A stretch of DNA of 64,000 nucleotides from Candidatus Micrarchaeaceae archaeon. GTDB lineage: Archaea > Micrarchaeota > Micrarchaeia > Micrarchaeales > CABMGC01. Position numbers and translations under genes: made by a program. The notes under the pieces are model-generated. The model saw only the letters and a program-made list of their open reading frames with translations. It searched no databases and was not told where the DNA came from. Below, piece by piece: positions 29,250 to 39,837 of this stretch (position 1 is the stretch's first letter; the number at the start of each line of letters is the position of its first letter). Where the stretch lies: NCBI GenBank assembly GCA_038877255.1, contig JAVYWZ010000001.1:1-64000 (forward strand). The letters are read 5' to 3'.

Positions 29250-29945
29250 ATGCCGATTCCGTATGTTATAGGCTTAATACCAGACGGCAACAGACGCTGG
29301 GCCCGCAAGCATGCGCTTGACCTTGCAGAAGCATATGGCGTTGGCGTTAAAAAGTTTATAAGCTTTGCTGAATGGTGCAAAGATTACGGCATCAAGAACA
29401 TAGTGGTATGGGCATTTTCCACGGAAAACTTCAAAAGAACCGTGTTTGAGAAACATATGCTGTTTTCGCTCTACCAGCGCGTTTTCTCCGACAGGGCGAT
29501 AATAAATCGCTTGCACAAAAACAAGACACGGTTCAGGGCTATAGGCGAGCTATGGCGCCTGCCTAAAAGCCTTCAACAAACCTTGAACGGCGTTGAAAAA
29601 GAGACAAGCAATTACAAGGAAAGAATTATCAATATGCTTATAGCTTATGGAGGGAGAGATGACATACTCCACGCAGCAAAATCAATAGCAGAAAGGTACG
29701 CGGCACGAAGGCCTAGCGGGCTCAACCAAAACTCGCTGAGAAGGTTCATGCTTTCTTCAAACGTTCCTGACCTGGATCTTATAATAAGGACATCGGGCGA
29801 GGAGCGCCTTTCTGGATTCATGCCTTGGCAATCAGCATACTCAGAACTTTACTTCTCAAGGAAGTTGTGGCCCGAATTCACAAAACACGACCTTTCGAAC
29901 GCAATCTCAGAGTATAACAGAAGGCAAAGAAGATTCGGCAAATAA
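29250..29945 (+). CDS. uppS: cis-prenyltransferase (undecaprenyl/polyprenyl diphosphate synthase)
   Basis: IPDGNRRWA, WAFSTENFKR, AYGGRDDI, DLIIRTSGEERLSGFMPWQSAYSELYF, RRFG. Confidence 0.96.
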   Translation: MPIPYVIGLIPDGNRRWARKHALDLAEAYGVGVKKFISFAEWCKDYGIKNIVVWAFSTENFKRTVFEKHMLFSLYQRVFSDRAIINRLHKNKTRFRAIGELWRLPKSLQQTLNGVEKETSNYKERIINMLIAYGGRDDILHAAKSIAERYAARRPSGLNQNSLRRFMLSSNVPDLDLIIRTSGEERLSGFMPWQSAYSELYFSRKLWPEFTKHDLSNAISEYNRRQRRFGK

Positions 29946-29965
29946 TTGGTTTATTTGGTAAAGAA

Positions 29966-31831
29966 ATGCCAGGAACAGACACCGTAACGCACTATTCCAA
30001 GTATTTTAAGTTAAATGCACCCAACAGCGCAACAGAAGCATCATTGATGCTTGCAATAGGCCTCGTTGCCGGTGCACTGGCAATGTTTATAGCACATTAC
30101 AGCGCAAGCATAGACTCTAGGCTGCTTGTTATAGGTGCGAGCATAGGCATAATGATAATAAGCATACCTGCGCTGCTTACTGTGCTTTTTATAAAAGCGA
30201 TAAATTGGCACATGCACCTAAAGCATGCACTCTTCTCGACAAACATAATCGTGCTATTCTATAGCGCGTTTTTCATAATAGCTGCTGTGTTGTTTAAAAT
30301 AGCGAATACTAACGGAGTGGTGATAGCTTACGCTGTGCTGCTGCTTGCAAACGCAGGCATATACGGCTACTGGTTCGTAATGGGCAATGTAGTAATAGGG
30401 CTGAGAAAGAGAAATGCAGTATTGTCATCTGCTATACAGCCTGTGCTCAACGTGCTTTTCTTCATGCCGTTTTCCGTATACGTATTCGGAGTCAACTTTC
30501 CGCTTAATATAACGCTTGTAAAGCTTGTTGCAGGCATGTTTATCTTCTTAGTAGCAAGCTACGCGTTTTTGTATGCAGTAGACAGGCCGCCTAAAAGGCT
30601 TCTTGGCGAGAGCGGGGTGAAAATGATGAGCTCCATGCTCAGCTACTGGCTTTACAATCTCTCTGGGGATACGCGGCTCATAGGGGAGAATGCTGCAGCG
30701 CACAGAATTGCAGATATAGACATAATAACAATAACAACAAGGCAGGGAAAAAATATAGGCAAAAGCGGTTACGCAGCGGTGCTTGTCAATCCAGATATAC
30801 ACTTTGGTCCGTTCGCAAACGCCGGAGGCAGCGTAGCTACCGCATACATAGGCAACAAGATTGAAAAGGCGTATGGCGCAGCGCCATTTGTTTTGCACAG
30901 CACAGTTGACCTTCGCGACAATCCGGTAAGTGCCTCACAAGTCTTCAGAATGTCAAATGAGATAATTTCAAAAATAAACGAAAGAAAAGGCATGCGCCAA
31001 GCTGTCGGTTCTGTCTCTTTTGGCGCATACCGCATGTGCAAAGCGATAGACATAAAGCTTGACAATACAAGGCTTTTCATACTTACAAAGGCGCCTTATG
31101 TAACTGAAGACATTGCAAAGTCAGTAGGCAGCGAGCTCAAAACGTTTGCAAAGGAAAAGTCAAAGAGCGAAAACGTTGTGCTAATCGATGCCCACAACTC
31201 GCGCTTCGAATCTGCTCAAAAGGACGAGCTGAGAGGGGTGTACGAGGGCAGCGCCTATGCGGAATATTACAAGAAGGCAATTGCAGCTGCTATAGAAAAG
31301 GAGCAAAATTATAAAATGGGAATGGGCTTCGCGCATAGAAGGCTTAGCGAACTCATAGGCAAACGCAAGGATATTGGCGAAGGCTACACGAGCGTGTGTG
31401 TTATAGAATATGGCAAAAAGCGCTTCTGCGTTGTTTACTTTGATGCAAATAATGCGCTCCCAAGTTTCAGGAAAGAAGTAATAAAGCACATTCGCGAAAA
31501 ATTCAAAATGAACGCCGAGATCTGCACTACTGATACGCATTCTATAAACATGCTCTCCGAAGACGCAGGCACCGCGCTTGGTAGATACACAAAGCCGAGC
31601 GACGTCATTCCTGCATTGGACCTGCTCATAGGTTATGCCATAGGCAGCGTTGGCAATGCTTACTTTGCATACAGCGACTTGCACTTAGAAAATTTCATGG
31701 TCTGGGGCCCTAATGCTTACAAACTAATAGAAGAAACCGGCACTGAAATAAGAAGAACGATTAAGCGTGTAACACCTTTCATAATATTGACAGCATTCAT
31801 AATTGCAGCTTGGATTATTTCATTTGTCTAG
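29966..31831 (+). CDS. DUF2070-family membrane protein
   Basis: N-terminal TM bundle, then PDIHFGPF..GGS, IDAHNS, FDANN, TTDTH. Confidence 0.8.
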   Translation: MPGTDTVTHYSKYFKLNAPNSATEASLMLAIGLVAGALAMFIAHYSASIDSRLLVIGASIGIMIISIPALLTVLFIKAINWHMHLKHALFSTNIIVLFYSAFFIIAAVLFKIANTNGVVIAYAVLLLANAGIYGYWFVMGNVVIGLRKRNAVLSSAIQPVLNVLFFMPFSVYVFGVNFPLNITLVKLVAGMFIFLVASYAFLYAVDRPPKRLLGESGVKMMSSMLSYWLYNLSGDTRLIGENAAAHRIADIDIITITTRQGKNIGKSGYAAVLVNPDIHFGPFANAGGSVATAYIGNKIEKAYGAAPFVLHSTVDLRDNPVSASQVFRMSNEIISKINERKGMRQAVGSVSFGAYRMCKAIDIKLDNTRLFILTKAPYVTEDIAKSVGSELKTFAKEKSKSENVVLIDAHNSRFESAQKDELRGVYEGSAYAEYYKKAIAAAIEKEQNYKMGMGFAHRRLSELIGKRKDIGEGYTSVCVIEYGKKRFCVVYFDANNALPSFRKEVIKHIREKFKMNAEICTTDTHSINMLSEDAGTALGRYTKPSDVIPALDLLIGYAIGSVGNAYFAYSDLHLENFMVWGPNAYKLIEETGTEIRRTIKRVTPFIILTAFIIAAWIISFV

Positions 31832-31845
31832 CATAAGGTCTTTGC

Positions 31846-32760
31846 TTGCAATACATATTCGCAATCGACTATCTAATGGCATTGGCGCTTGTTTTTTATG
31901 CAGCGTTTGCAGGCAGAAGAAAGTTCCTTGTAATGCTCTTTATCAGCGTGCTGTTAGCATTTGCAACTGCAAACATAGAGCACGCGAGCACACCTTTGCT
32001 TATTTCAGGTACGATCATAATGGCATTTTTCATAAAAACTACAGGAGGCAGGTTCAATTTCATTATGCTGCCGCCGGCGTTATTTTATTTCTTCTCTGTA
32101 ATACCGTCAATTGCCCTTGAAGCGCAGGCGCTTCTTTTTGGCATGCTGTCTGGTGTCGCATACGTGCCCATTCAAAAAGCGGCAAAGAAGGAAAAAAGAG
32201 TAGAGATCAGTAGAGATATTGCACAAATAATCATAGGCATAGCCGCAATAGCGCTTTTTGCTGCAATGGGCATTGCTGCAGACCAGACAATAGTGCTGCT
32301 CATTCTTCTGCTCACATGCGTAGGCAGCTATGCGATGTTAAGACCCCGCTCTGCCATGTCAAAGTATATAGCTGCACTTGAACGAGAGGGGGTTGCGCTT
32401 GGCGTAGGCGCATTTTGGCTAGCATTTGGCGCAGTGCTCGCAATTTCATTCATAACAAATGAGGCATATTTAATAACAGTACTCATTGCGCTCTTCTTTG
32501 GTGACAGCCTTGCTACTATATTGGGCATTAATTTTGGCAGGCACACACTCTTTTATAATAAGAACAAAAGTGCAGAAGGCACTTTGGCATTTTTTGTCAT
32601 AGTATCCATTCTTGCATATCCGTTAATAGGAATTGCCTCTCTGCTCTTTGCTGCTGTTGCAGCAATTACCGAAACTGCAAAAATTGGAATCGATGACAAT
32701 ATTTCAATCTCCCTTGTTCTAGTCTTATTGTACTATGTTTTGTACGTGTTGCATGTTTGA
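31846..32760 (+). CDS. Dolichol/phytol kinase-like (CTP_transf_1) membrane protein
   Basis: GDSLATILG..FG, NKSAEGT, IDDNI. Confidence 0.8.
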   Translation: MQYIFAIDYLMALALVFYAAFAGRRKFLVMLFISVLLAFATANIEHASTPLLISGTIIMAFFIKTTGGRFNFIMLPPALFYFFSVIPSIALEAQALLFGMLSGVAYVPIQKAAKKEKRVEISRDIAQIIIGIAAIALFAAMGIAADQTIVLLILLLTCVGSYAMLRPRSAMSKYIAALEREGVALGVGAFWLAFGAVLAISFITNEAYLITVLIALFFGDSLATILGINFGRHTLFYNKNKSAEGTLAFFVIVSILAYPLIGIASLLFAAVAAITETAKIGIDDNISISLVLVLLYYVLYVLHV

Positions 32761-32853
32761 GCTATTGGTTCAATGCTGAATCTGTTTTATAGTTTACAGC
32801 AATTCAACTAAATATTAATATTTTGTTTGCATATATATTAAGGGAGTGATCGC

Positions 32854-33924
32854 TTGATAAAAAATGTTGCTAATTTTGAAATAAAGTATATGCAGATTTT
32901 AAGCGAAGATGGCACTGTTGATAAATCACTTCTTCCTGGCGACCTGAACAATGAGAAAATAATCAGCATGTACAAATACATGAATTTTGCGCGTGCGCTT
33001 GACACAAAAACACTTAGTTTGCAGAGGCAGGGGCGCGCAGTAACATATGCTCCGTTAGTGGGCGAGGAGGCAACGCAAGTTGGAAGCGCAATGGCTATGC
33101 GTGCGAATGATATTTTTGTACCCAACTTTAGGCAGCATGCGGTATATTTGATAAGAGGCTTGCCTCTTGAGCTCTATTTCATATACTGGAGGGGGTTTGA
33201 AGAAGGAGGCGCAATACCAAAAAACGTTAACGGCTTGCCAGTAATAGTGCCTGTCGCATCGCAAGTGCCTCATGCAGTAGGCTTTGCTTTTGCACAAAAA
33301 TACAAAAGCACAGGTAATGCAGTAATTACCTATGTCGGAGACGGCGGCACATCTGAAGGAGATTTCTACGAGGCGATAAACTTTGCCGGCGTATTCAAGC
33401 TGCCTCTGGTTATAATAATAGAGAATAACCAATGGGCAATTTCAGTTCCAAGAAGAAAGCAAACTGCAGCGGAAACGCTTGCACAAAAAGGCATCGCAGC
33501 AGGCATAGATTCAGTTCAGGTAGATGGCAATGATGTGTTTGCAGTTTACAAAGCAACAAAAGATGCCATTGAAGCTTCTAAGGAAAAGCCGACAATAATA
33601 GAATGCATTACATACAGAATGAGTATGCACACTACAGCTGACGACCCGACAAAGTACAGGACAGATGAGGAAGTAGAGGAGTGGCGCAAAAAAGACCCCA
33701 TAGACAGGCTTAAAAAGTATATTTACGCAAATGGCCTTTGGAATGATGAAAAGGAAAATGCCATGAGGGAAGAGCAGGCAAACGCGATAGACGCTGCTGT
33801 TGAAAAGGCTGAACAATTCAAGCCCGATCCGAAGAGCATGTTTGAAAATGTTTATAGCTTCATGCCGGACGTTCTGAAAGAAGAATACGATGAAAGTGTA
33901 AAAGAAAACTTCTGGCAGGAGTAG
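32854..33924 (+). CDS. pdhA: Pyruvate/2-oxoacid dehydrogenase E1 alpha
   Basis: LQRQGR, GDGGTSEGDFYEAINFA...NNQWAIS, YRMSMHTTADDP. TTG start after GGAGTGAT. Confidence 0.93.
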   Translation: MIKNVANFEIKYMQILSEDGTVDKSLLPGDLNNEKIISMYKYMNFARALDTKTLSLQRQGRAVTYAPLVGEEATQVGSAMAMRANDIFVPNFRQHAVYLIRGLPLELYFIYWRGFEEGGAIPKNVNGLPVIVPVASQVPHAVGFAFAQKYKSTGNAVITYVGDGGTSEGDFYEAINFAGVFKLPLVIIIENNQWAISVPRRKQTAAETLAQKGIAAGIDSVQVDGNDVFAVYKATKDAIEASKEKPTIIECITYRMSMHTTADDPTKYRTDEEVEEWRKKDPIDRLKKYIYANGLWNDEKENAMREEQANAIDAAVEKAEQFKPDPKSMFENVYSFMPDVLKEEYDESVKENFWQE

Positions 33925-34899
33925 GTGACAGAAATGCAGATGAATATGGTAAATGCAATCAACAATGCGCTCGCGCAGATAATGGAAGAGAACGAGAATG
34001 TTGTTTTGCTGGGCGAAGACATAGGTAAGGATGGCGGCGTATTCAGAGTAACGGAAGGCCTGCTTGACAAATTTGGAGAGAATAGGGTCATTGATACGCC
34101 TCTGGCAGAATCTGCAATAATCGGCACTTCTATAGGTATGGCCCTTGCAGGCCTGCACCCAATACCAGAAATACAGTTCGCTGGCTTCATGTACGAGAGC
34201 TTTGAGCAGTTTGTAAGTCATGCGGCACGATACAGAAGCAGGACTAGGTCAACATTTACAGTACCTATGACCGTAAGGGTTCCTGTCAGCGGCGGCGTAA
34301 AAACCCTTGAGCATCATTCTGAGAGTCCTGAAGCATTCTATTCGCACATAGGAGGGCTTATCGTTGTAGAGCCATCAAATCCATATGACGCTAAAGGACT
34401 TCTGATAAAAGCAGCGCACATGAATGATCCTACGCTATTTTTAGAGCCGACCAAACTATACAGGCTCTTCAAGCAAGACGTGCCTGAAGACCCATATGAG
34501 GTAGAAATAGGCAAAGCAAACAAATTAAGCGAAGGCAATGACTTGACAATAGTAACATACGGAACCATGGTAAAGGTTGTAGAAGAGGCGGTTGCAAAAA
34601 AGAATGTAGATGCTGAAATAATAGACCTGAGAACAATAAACCCGCTTGACGAATCTACAATAATAAGCAGCGTGAAAAAGACTGGCAAGTTGATAATAGT
34701 ACATGAAGCAGAACTTAGTTTCGGCGTAGGTGCCGAAATTGCAGCAAGAGTTGCGGAAAAAGCGATATACGACCTTGATGCACCAATACTTAGGGTTGCA
34801 TCAAACAGCTTCCCATACCCGTTCCCTGGCTACGAACAATATTACATACCTAATGAAGTCAAGGTTGGAAAAGCAATAGATGAAATAATGTCGCAGTGA
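33925..34899 (+). CDS. pdhB: Pyruvate/2-oxoacid dehydrogenase E1 beta
   Basis: GEDIG..GGVFRVT, DTPLAES, EIQF, HHSES, PYDAKGLL, IDLRTI.PLD. Confidence 0.94.
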   Translation: MTEMQMNMVNAINNALAQIMEENENVVLLGEDIGKDGGVFRVTEGLLDKFGENRVIDTPLAESAIIGTSIGMALAGLHPIPEIQFAGFMYESFEQFVSHAARYRSRTRSTFTVPMTVRVPVSGGVKTLEHHSESPEAFYSHIGGLIVVEPSNPYDAKGLLIKAAHMNDPTLFLEPTKLYRLFKQDVPEDPYEVEIGKANKLSEGNDLTIVTYGTMVKVVEEAVAKKNVDAEIIDLRTINPLDESTIISSVKKTGKLIIVHEAELSFGVGAEIAARVAEKAIYDLDAPILRVASNSFPYPFPGYEQYYIPNEVKVGKAIDEIMSQ

Positions 34900-34900
34900 T

Positions 34901-36175
34901 TTGGTGAAAGAACTAAAGTTTGTAGATGTTGGCGAAGGCATAACAGAAGGCCATTTGCAGAAGTGGCTTGTCAAAGACGGCGACGAGGTAAAGGAAGACC
35001 AGCCCATAGCTATGATTGAAACAGACAAAGCAGTTGTAAGCGTGCCGGCACCGACCAATGGAAAGGTAAAGATAGTAGCTAAAGAGAACACAGACGTGCA
35101 CATAGGAGATACGCTTGCGCTCATAGGCGAAGAAAACGAACTAAAAAATGCGGTTCCTTCTACTGGCGCATATGGCGAATCAGCTCAGCGGCAGCAGCAA
35201 ACGCAGCAGGCTCCATCAAGCACTGCTGCAGAAGTGCCTAAGGCAAAGGCAGAAGCACAGGCAACTCAGCCACAAGTTCAAAAGGCTGAAATATTAGCCA
35301 CGCCATCAGTAAGGAAGCTTGCAGAGCAGCTTAATGTGGACCTTTCATTAGTAACAGGCACCGGACCGCACGGAAGAATCCTTGAGAATGACGTAAGGAG
35401 CTTCGCAGGCAAATCGCAGGCAAAGGCAACAATTCCAAAATTCTCCGAAGTCCTCGAGGGCCAGCACGAAGAAGAAATAGAGCGAGTGCCGCTGTCGCAA
35501 ACAAGAAAGGCGATAGCAAGGAACATGGAGCTATCATGGACAATACCCAGGGCAACGCACATGGACCTGATTGACGCTACTGCGCTGTACGATGTGCTAA
35601 CCAAGGAGAAGCCAAAGGCGCAAGAGGATTTTGGCGTTAAGCTCACATATACGCCGTTTATAGTAAAGGCTGCAATAGAGGCACTCAAAGAAAACCCAAA
35701 TTTCAACGCAAGCTACGACCACGAAAAGCTTGAGATTATTGTAAAGAAATATTTCAACATAGGCCTTGCAGCAGAAGCGCCTGATGGCCTTAAAGTGGTA
35801 GTAGTCAAGAACGCAGATAAGAAAAGCATAATAGAGTTGGCAACAGAGATTGAGGTGCTTGCAAAGAAAGTCAAGGACCAGACGATAACTCTCGACGAGA
35901 TGCGCGACAGCAGCTTCACAATAACTAATATAGGCAGCCTCGGCGGCGGTTTTCTTTCTGTGCCAATGATAAATTATCCTGATGTTGCAATACTTGGCAT
36001 ACACGCTGTGCGCGACTTCCCAGTTGTAGAAAACGGCATGGTCAAGATAGGCAAAATACTGCCTTTCTCGCTGGTGTTCGACCACAGAGTAGTAGACGGT
36101 GCAGAGGCAGTAAAGTTTGGCAACGCGCTCAAAAAGTACTTGGAAGATCCAGATTTTCTTGAGATGCTTAGCTAG
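34901..36175 (+). CDS. pdhC: Dihydrolipoamide acyltransferase E2
   Basis: Lipoyl domain ETDKA, E3-binding ATPSVRKLA...GTGPHGRI, catalytic FDHRVVDGA. Confidence 0.95.
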   Translation: MVKELKFVDVGEGITEGHLQKWLVKDGDEVKEDQPIAMIETDKAVVSVPAPTNGKVKIVAKENTDVHIGDTLALIGEENELKNAVPSTGAYGESAQRQQQTQQAPSSTAAEVPKAKAEAQATQPQVQKAEILATPSVRKLAEQLNVDLSLVTGTGPHGRILENDVRSFAGKSQAKATIPKFSEVLEGQHEEEIERVPLSQTRKAIARNMELSWTIPRATHMDLIDATALYDVLTKEKPKAQEDFGVKLTYTPFIVKAAIEALKENPNFNASYDHEKLEIIVKKYFNIGLAAEAPDGLKVVVVKNADKKSIIELATEIEVLAKKVKDQTITLDEMRDSSFTITNIGSLGGGFLSVPMINYPDVAILGIHAVRDFPVVENGMVKIGKILPFSLVFDHRVVDGAEAVKFGNALKKYLEDPDFLEMLS

Positions 36176-36193
36176 CAGAAGCGGAGGAGTTAC

Positions 36194-37579
36194 ATGGTAA
36201 TGGGATCGATACCTGAAGACGTTGATTTGGCAGTAATAGGCGCCGGCGTAGGCGGCTATGTCGCTGCGATAAGAGCAGCAGAGCTTGGCATGAACGTTGC
36301 TCTAGTAGAGAAGGAAAAGCTTGGCGGCCACTGCCTAAACTATGCATGCATACCTTCTAAGACACTGATAAACATTGCGGATACCTTCTACGCTTCAGCG
36401 CATTCCCAGAAATTTGGCATAAATGTAGAAAAGGCAAGCATTGACGCAAAGAAAATGTACGAATGGCGCATGTCTGTTTCTAAAAAGCTTGAAGATGGAG
36501 TTGCTACGCTATGCAAATTGAACGGCATCGAAGCGATAAAAGCAGAAGCCACATTTATATCGCCAAATACGCTTCAACTGACAAACGGCACATCATTGCA
36601 ATTCAAGAATGCAGTAATAGCTACAGGCTCTGACCCTGCTGTTCTGCCAGGCTTTGAATTTAACAATGACAATATAATAGACTATAAGAAGGCGCTGATG
36701 CTGGACTATGTGCCTGAAAGCATGGCCATAATCGGCGCTGGCTACGTCGCAGTTGAAATCGGAACTCTATACGCAAAGCTTGGCACAAAGGTAGCAATAA
36801 TAGCAAGGTCTGACGTTCTTTCAAAATTTGACAGGGATGCTGTGGCGATAATAAAAAAGAGGATGCAAGAACTGGGAATAAGCATCTATACTGGTTCTAC
36901 TCCTTCTTCATTCGACGGCAAAATACTAAAGCTCAGCGATGGAAGCAAAATAGATGCGCATCTTCTAGTTGTTTCTGTTGGGCTAACGCCATACACGAAA
37001 GGTTTAGGGTTAGAAAACACAAAAGTAACGCTTAATGAGAAGGGCTTCGTAAAAGTTGATTCTTCGTTAAGAACTACAGACAATAATATTTTTGCAGTAG
37101 GCGATGTGATAGGCGAGCCAATGCTGGCGCATAAAGCAATAAGGCAGGGAGTTGTAGTAGCGGAAATAATAAAAGGCATTAGAAAGAGCTATGACAATTT
37201 AGTTGTACCATCTGTGATATTTTCAGACCCGGAAATAGCAATAGCAGGCAGCGTCGAAGAAAGAGAAGGAATAAAGGTAACAAAGTTCCCGCTCACTGCG
37301 CTTGGCAGGAGCATAGCGCTTGATACAACAAACGGCTTTGTCAAAATAGCCAACGATGAAAATGGAATAGTAAAAGGCGTAGAGATCGTTTCGCAGGATG
37401 CAAACGCAATGATCACAGAGGCGGCGCTCGCAATAGAGATGGGTGCTACTGTTGATGATATAGCCTCTACGATACATCCGCATCCAACGTATAGCGAGGC
37501 TGTACAAGAAGCCGCAGAGGCTGCCTTAGGAAACCCAATACACTATTTCTACGGAAAGAGCCTAAAAGTAGGCGAATAA
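36194..37579 (+). CDS. lpdA: Dihydrolipoyl dehydrogenase E3
   Basis: GAGVGGY, GGHCLNYACIPSK, HPHPTYSE. Confidence 0.96.
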   Translation: MVMGSIPEDVDLAVIGAGVGGYVAAIRAAELGMNVALVEKEKLGGHCLNYACIPSKTLINIADTFYASAHSQKFGINVEKASIDAKKMYEWRMSVSKKLEDGVATLCKLNGIEAIKAEATFISPNTLQLTNGTSLQFKNAVIATGSDPAVLPGFEFNNDNIIDYKKALMLDYVPESMAIIGAGYVAVEIGTLYAKLGTKVAIIARSDVLSKFDRDAVAIIKKRMQELGISIYTGSTPSSFDGKILKLSDGSKIDAHLLVVSVGLTPYTKGLGLENTKVTLNEKGFVKVDSSLRTTDNNIFAVGDVIGEPMLAHKAIRQGVVVAEIIKGIRKSYDNLVVPSVIFSDPEIAIAGSVEEREGIKVTKFPLTALGRSIALDTTNGFVKIANDENGIVKGVEIVSQDANAMITEAALAIEMGATVDDIASTIHPHPTYSEAVQEAAEAALGNPIHYFYGKSLKVGE

Positions 37580-38317
37580 ATGCGCTATGAAGATTTTTCT
37601 GAAGAAGAGTATAAGACAAGTTATGGAAACATTTTTTATAGGCACAATAACGCAAGCGGAAGGTGCCTTGTGCTGCTTCACGGCCTAGGTGCAGATTCTA
37701 GAGTGTGGAAAAGATTTATTGAATACTTGCCAGAAAATATGCATGTTTTCGCGTTGGACCTGCTAGGCCATGGCAACTCTGAAAAGCCAAGAATAAACTA
37801 CACGGTTGAAATGCAAGCAAATGCGATACGAGAATTTGTAAAAGCAAATTGCGATCATGCTGTGGTTTTTGGCCATTCATACGGCGGTTGGATAGCAGCA
37901 TATTATGCCTATAAAGGATTTGAATGTGAAGGAATAGTGTTAGAAGACGCCGCTGGATTAGAGAGCAATTTTTACGACCTAAAGACCTCTAACAGATATG
38001 AAAATTACAAAGCAAGCCTGCTGAAGGCTGTGCTAATGCAGAACAACAATGAGAGATATGTTATTGAGAGCATAATAGACAATAGCGGAAAATGTGTTTT
38101 AACGCGGCAAATGCTTGATTCGATAAATAAGCCAGTGCTGATAATCTGGGGCACCAACGACAATGTTATAGATGTAAAATACGCATACGAATTCAACAAG
38201 TTCGTAAGGAATTCAAAACTGATTTTAGTAAATGGCGCAAAGCACGACGCGCATTATACTAATGCAGAAGAGGTTGCAAATGCATTGATAGACTTTGGAA
38301 AAAGATTGCAGGCATAG
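37580..38317 (+). CDS. Alpha/beta hydrolase
   Basis: LLHGLG, DLLGHG.S, GHSYGG nucleophile elbow, WGTND, late His (GAKH). Confidence 0.9.
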   Translation: MRYEDFSEEEYKTSYGNIFYRHNNASGRCLVLLHGLGADSRVWKRFIEYLPENMHVFALDLLGHGNSEKPRINYTVEMQANAIREFVKANCDHAVVFGHSYGGWIAAYYAYKGFECEGIVLEDAAGLESNFYDLKTSNRYENYKASLLKAVLMQNNNERYVIESIIDNSGKCVLTRQMLDSINKPVLIIWGTNDNVIDVKYAYEFNKFVRNSKLILVNGAKHDAHYTNAEEVANALIDFGKRLQA

Positions 38318-38369
38318 ACCAATAGTTACAATTTTAAACACAGGGATTCTAAATCATTTTGGTGAGAGA

Positions 38370-39308
38370 TTGTTTGATTATGAATACTGGGGAATAAACA
38401 CACTTTCTATAAAAGAAAACATGGCGCTGGAGGAATACATGCTGAACCGTTCGGAGCAGAACAAGGTTGCAACTGTCAGATTCTGGAATGTTAAAAAAGA
38501 TTCAGTAGTGCTAAGTTATGGAGAAGACAAGAACAGCAACATAAAAAGGATAGATAGCACGTTCGACTTGACTAGGCGCATAACAGGCGGCTCGCACGTG
38601 GAATTTGATAAAAATTGCATGGCTTATACCTTTACAACGCCAAGAGATGGCAGTTTCAAACATTTTGATGAAATGAGAAAGTACTATGCAGAAAGGCTAG
38701 TTTCTGCGCTTTCTGATCTCGGTATTGATAATATATATGCGGATAACAAGGCCTCCACAATAAACGTAAATGACAAAGTAATAGCAAGCCATGCTATGTT
38801 CTGGGGCGTTAAGAGTGCGCTCATGCATGGTCTAATACTAATAGATCACTATGATGTAGACAGAATATATGCCAGAATGAGACTTAACGAAAGAAAAATA
38901 GGAAAGCACATTTACAGGGAATACGACGCGCTGAAAGAGGCGCCAGTAGCTAAAGAGATAATCAAATTAGATGGCACTTATAGAAGCGAAAACGAGAAGC
39001 TTACATATATAAAGAATAAGATAGCAGACGCCATTCTTGCGACAGTAACAGAAGGCAGGCATTCGCAAAAGCAAATAACCGATTCAATAGTGAAAGAAGC
39101 AAAATCGCTTGTAGAAAAAACACACGCGGGCCCTCTGTGGCTTGATGAAAGAGAACCGACATACACAGAAGAAAAGGTTGAGGCAATACCTGGTGAAGAA
39201 CTCGCGGGCCCTTTGAAGAGAGAGTTAGGTTACTGCATGTATATAGCAGTAGACAATAAAGTATTCAAAAAGATGGCGTTACCTGCTGACGAAAAAAATC
39301 AGGTTTAA
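38370..39308 (+). CDS. lplA: Lipoate-protein ligase A (catalytic domain)
   Basis: ENMALEEYML, VRFW, RRITGGSHV, KVIASH, HG.I. TTG start after GGTGAG. Confidence 0.82.
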   Translation: MFDYEYWGINTLSIKENMALEEYMLNRSEQNKVATVRFWNVKKDSVVLSYGEDKNSNIKRIDSTFDLTRRITGGSHVEFDKNCMAYTFTTPRDGSFKHFDEMRKYYAERLVSALSDLGIDNIYADNKASTINVNDKVIASHAMFWGVKSALMHGLILIDHYDVDRIYARMRLNERKIGKHIYREYDALKEAPVAKEIIKLDGTYRSENEKLTYIKNKIADAILATVTEGRHSQKQITDSIVKEAKSLVEKTHAGPLWLDEREPTYTEEKVEAIPGEELAGPLKRELGYCMYIAVDNKVFKKMALPADEKNQV

Positions 39309-39336
39309 AAGCAGAAGCAGAAGGCAATAGCTGCTT

Positions 39337-39837
39337 TTATACGCGCCTGCCCCTTCTGCCACCCGGCCTTCTCGTGGTGTCAGTAGGTATAGGTGTTACA
39401 TCTTCTATACTGCCTATCTTGAAACCGCTCCTTGCCAATGCCCTCACTACCGCCTGCGCACCGGGCCCTGGCGTTTTTGCTCCGTGACCGCCAGGAGCGC
39501 GTATCTTTATGTTTATATGAGTTATGCCTTTTTCTATCGCTTCTGCAGCTACCTTGTATGCTGCTTGCATAGCAGCGTATGGCGATCCTTCTTCGCGGTC
39601 AGCGTTTACTATCATGCCACCACTGCCTACGGCAATGGTCTCTGCGCCTGTAAGATCAGTAAGCGTTATTATCGTGTCATTCTTAGAAGAATATATGTGA
39701 GCGACGCCCCAGCGAACACCTTTGGGCTTGTATTTTTCAGTTGCCTCTGCGACCTTTTCTTCAAATGAAACGATTTCGCCTTTTGCCTCTGCCTGCGGCT
39801 GCTTTGGTTCCTTTGGCTTTTTTCTTTTCTCGGCCAT
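39337..39837 (-). CDS. rps11: 30S ribosomal protein uS11
   Basis: [44 protein letters not shown]. Confidence 0.97.
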   Translation of the reverse strand: MAEKRKKPKEPKQPQAEAKGEIVSFEEKVAEATEKYKPKGVRWGVAHIYSSKNDTIITLTDLTGAETIAVGSGGMIVNADREEGSPYAAMQAAYKVAAEAIEKGITHINIKIRAPGGHGAKTPGPGAQAVVRALARSGFKIGSIEDVTPIPTDTTRRPGGRRGRRV

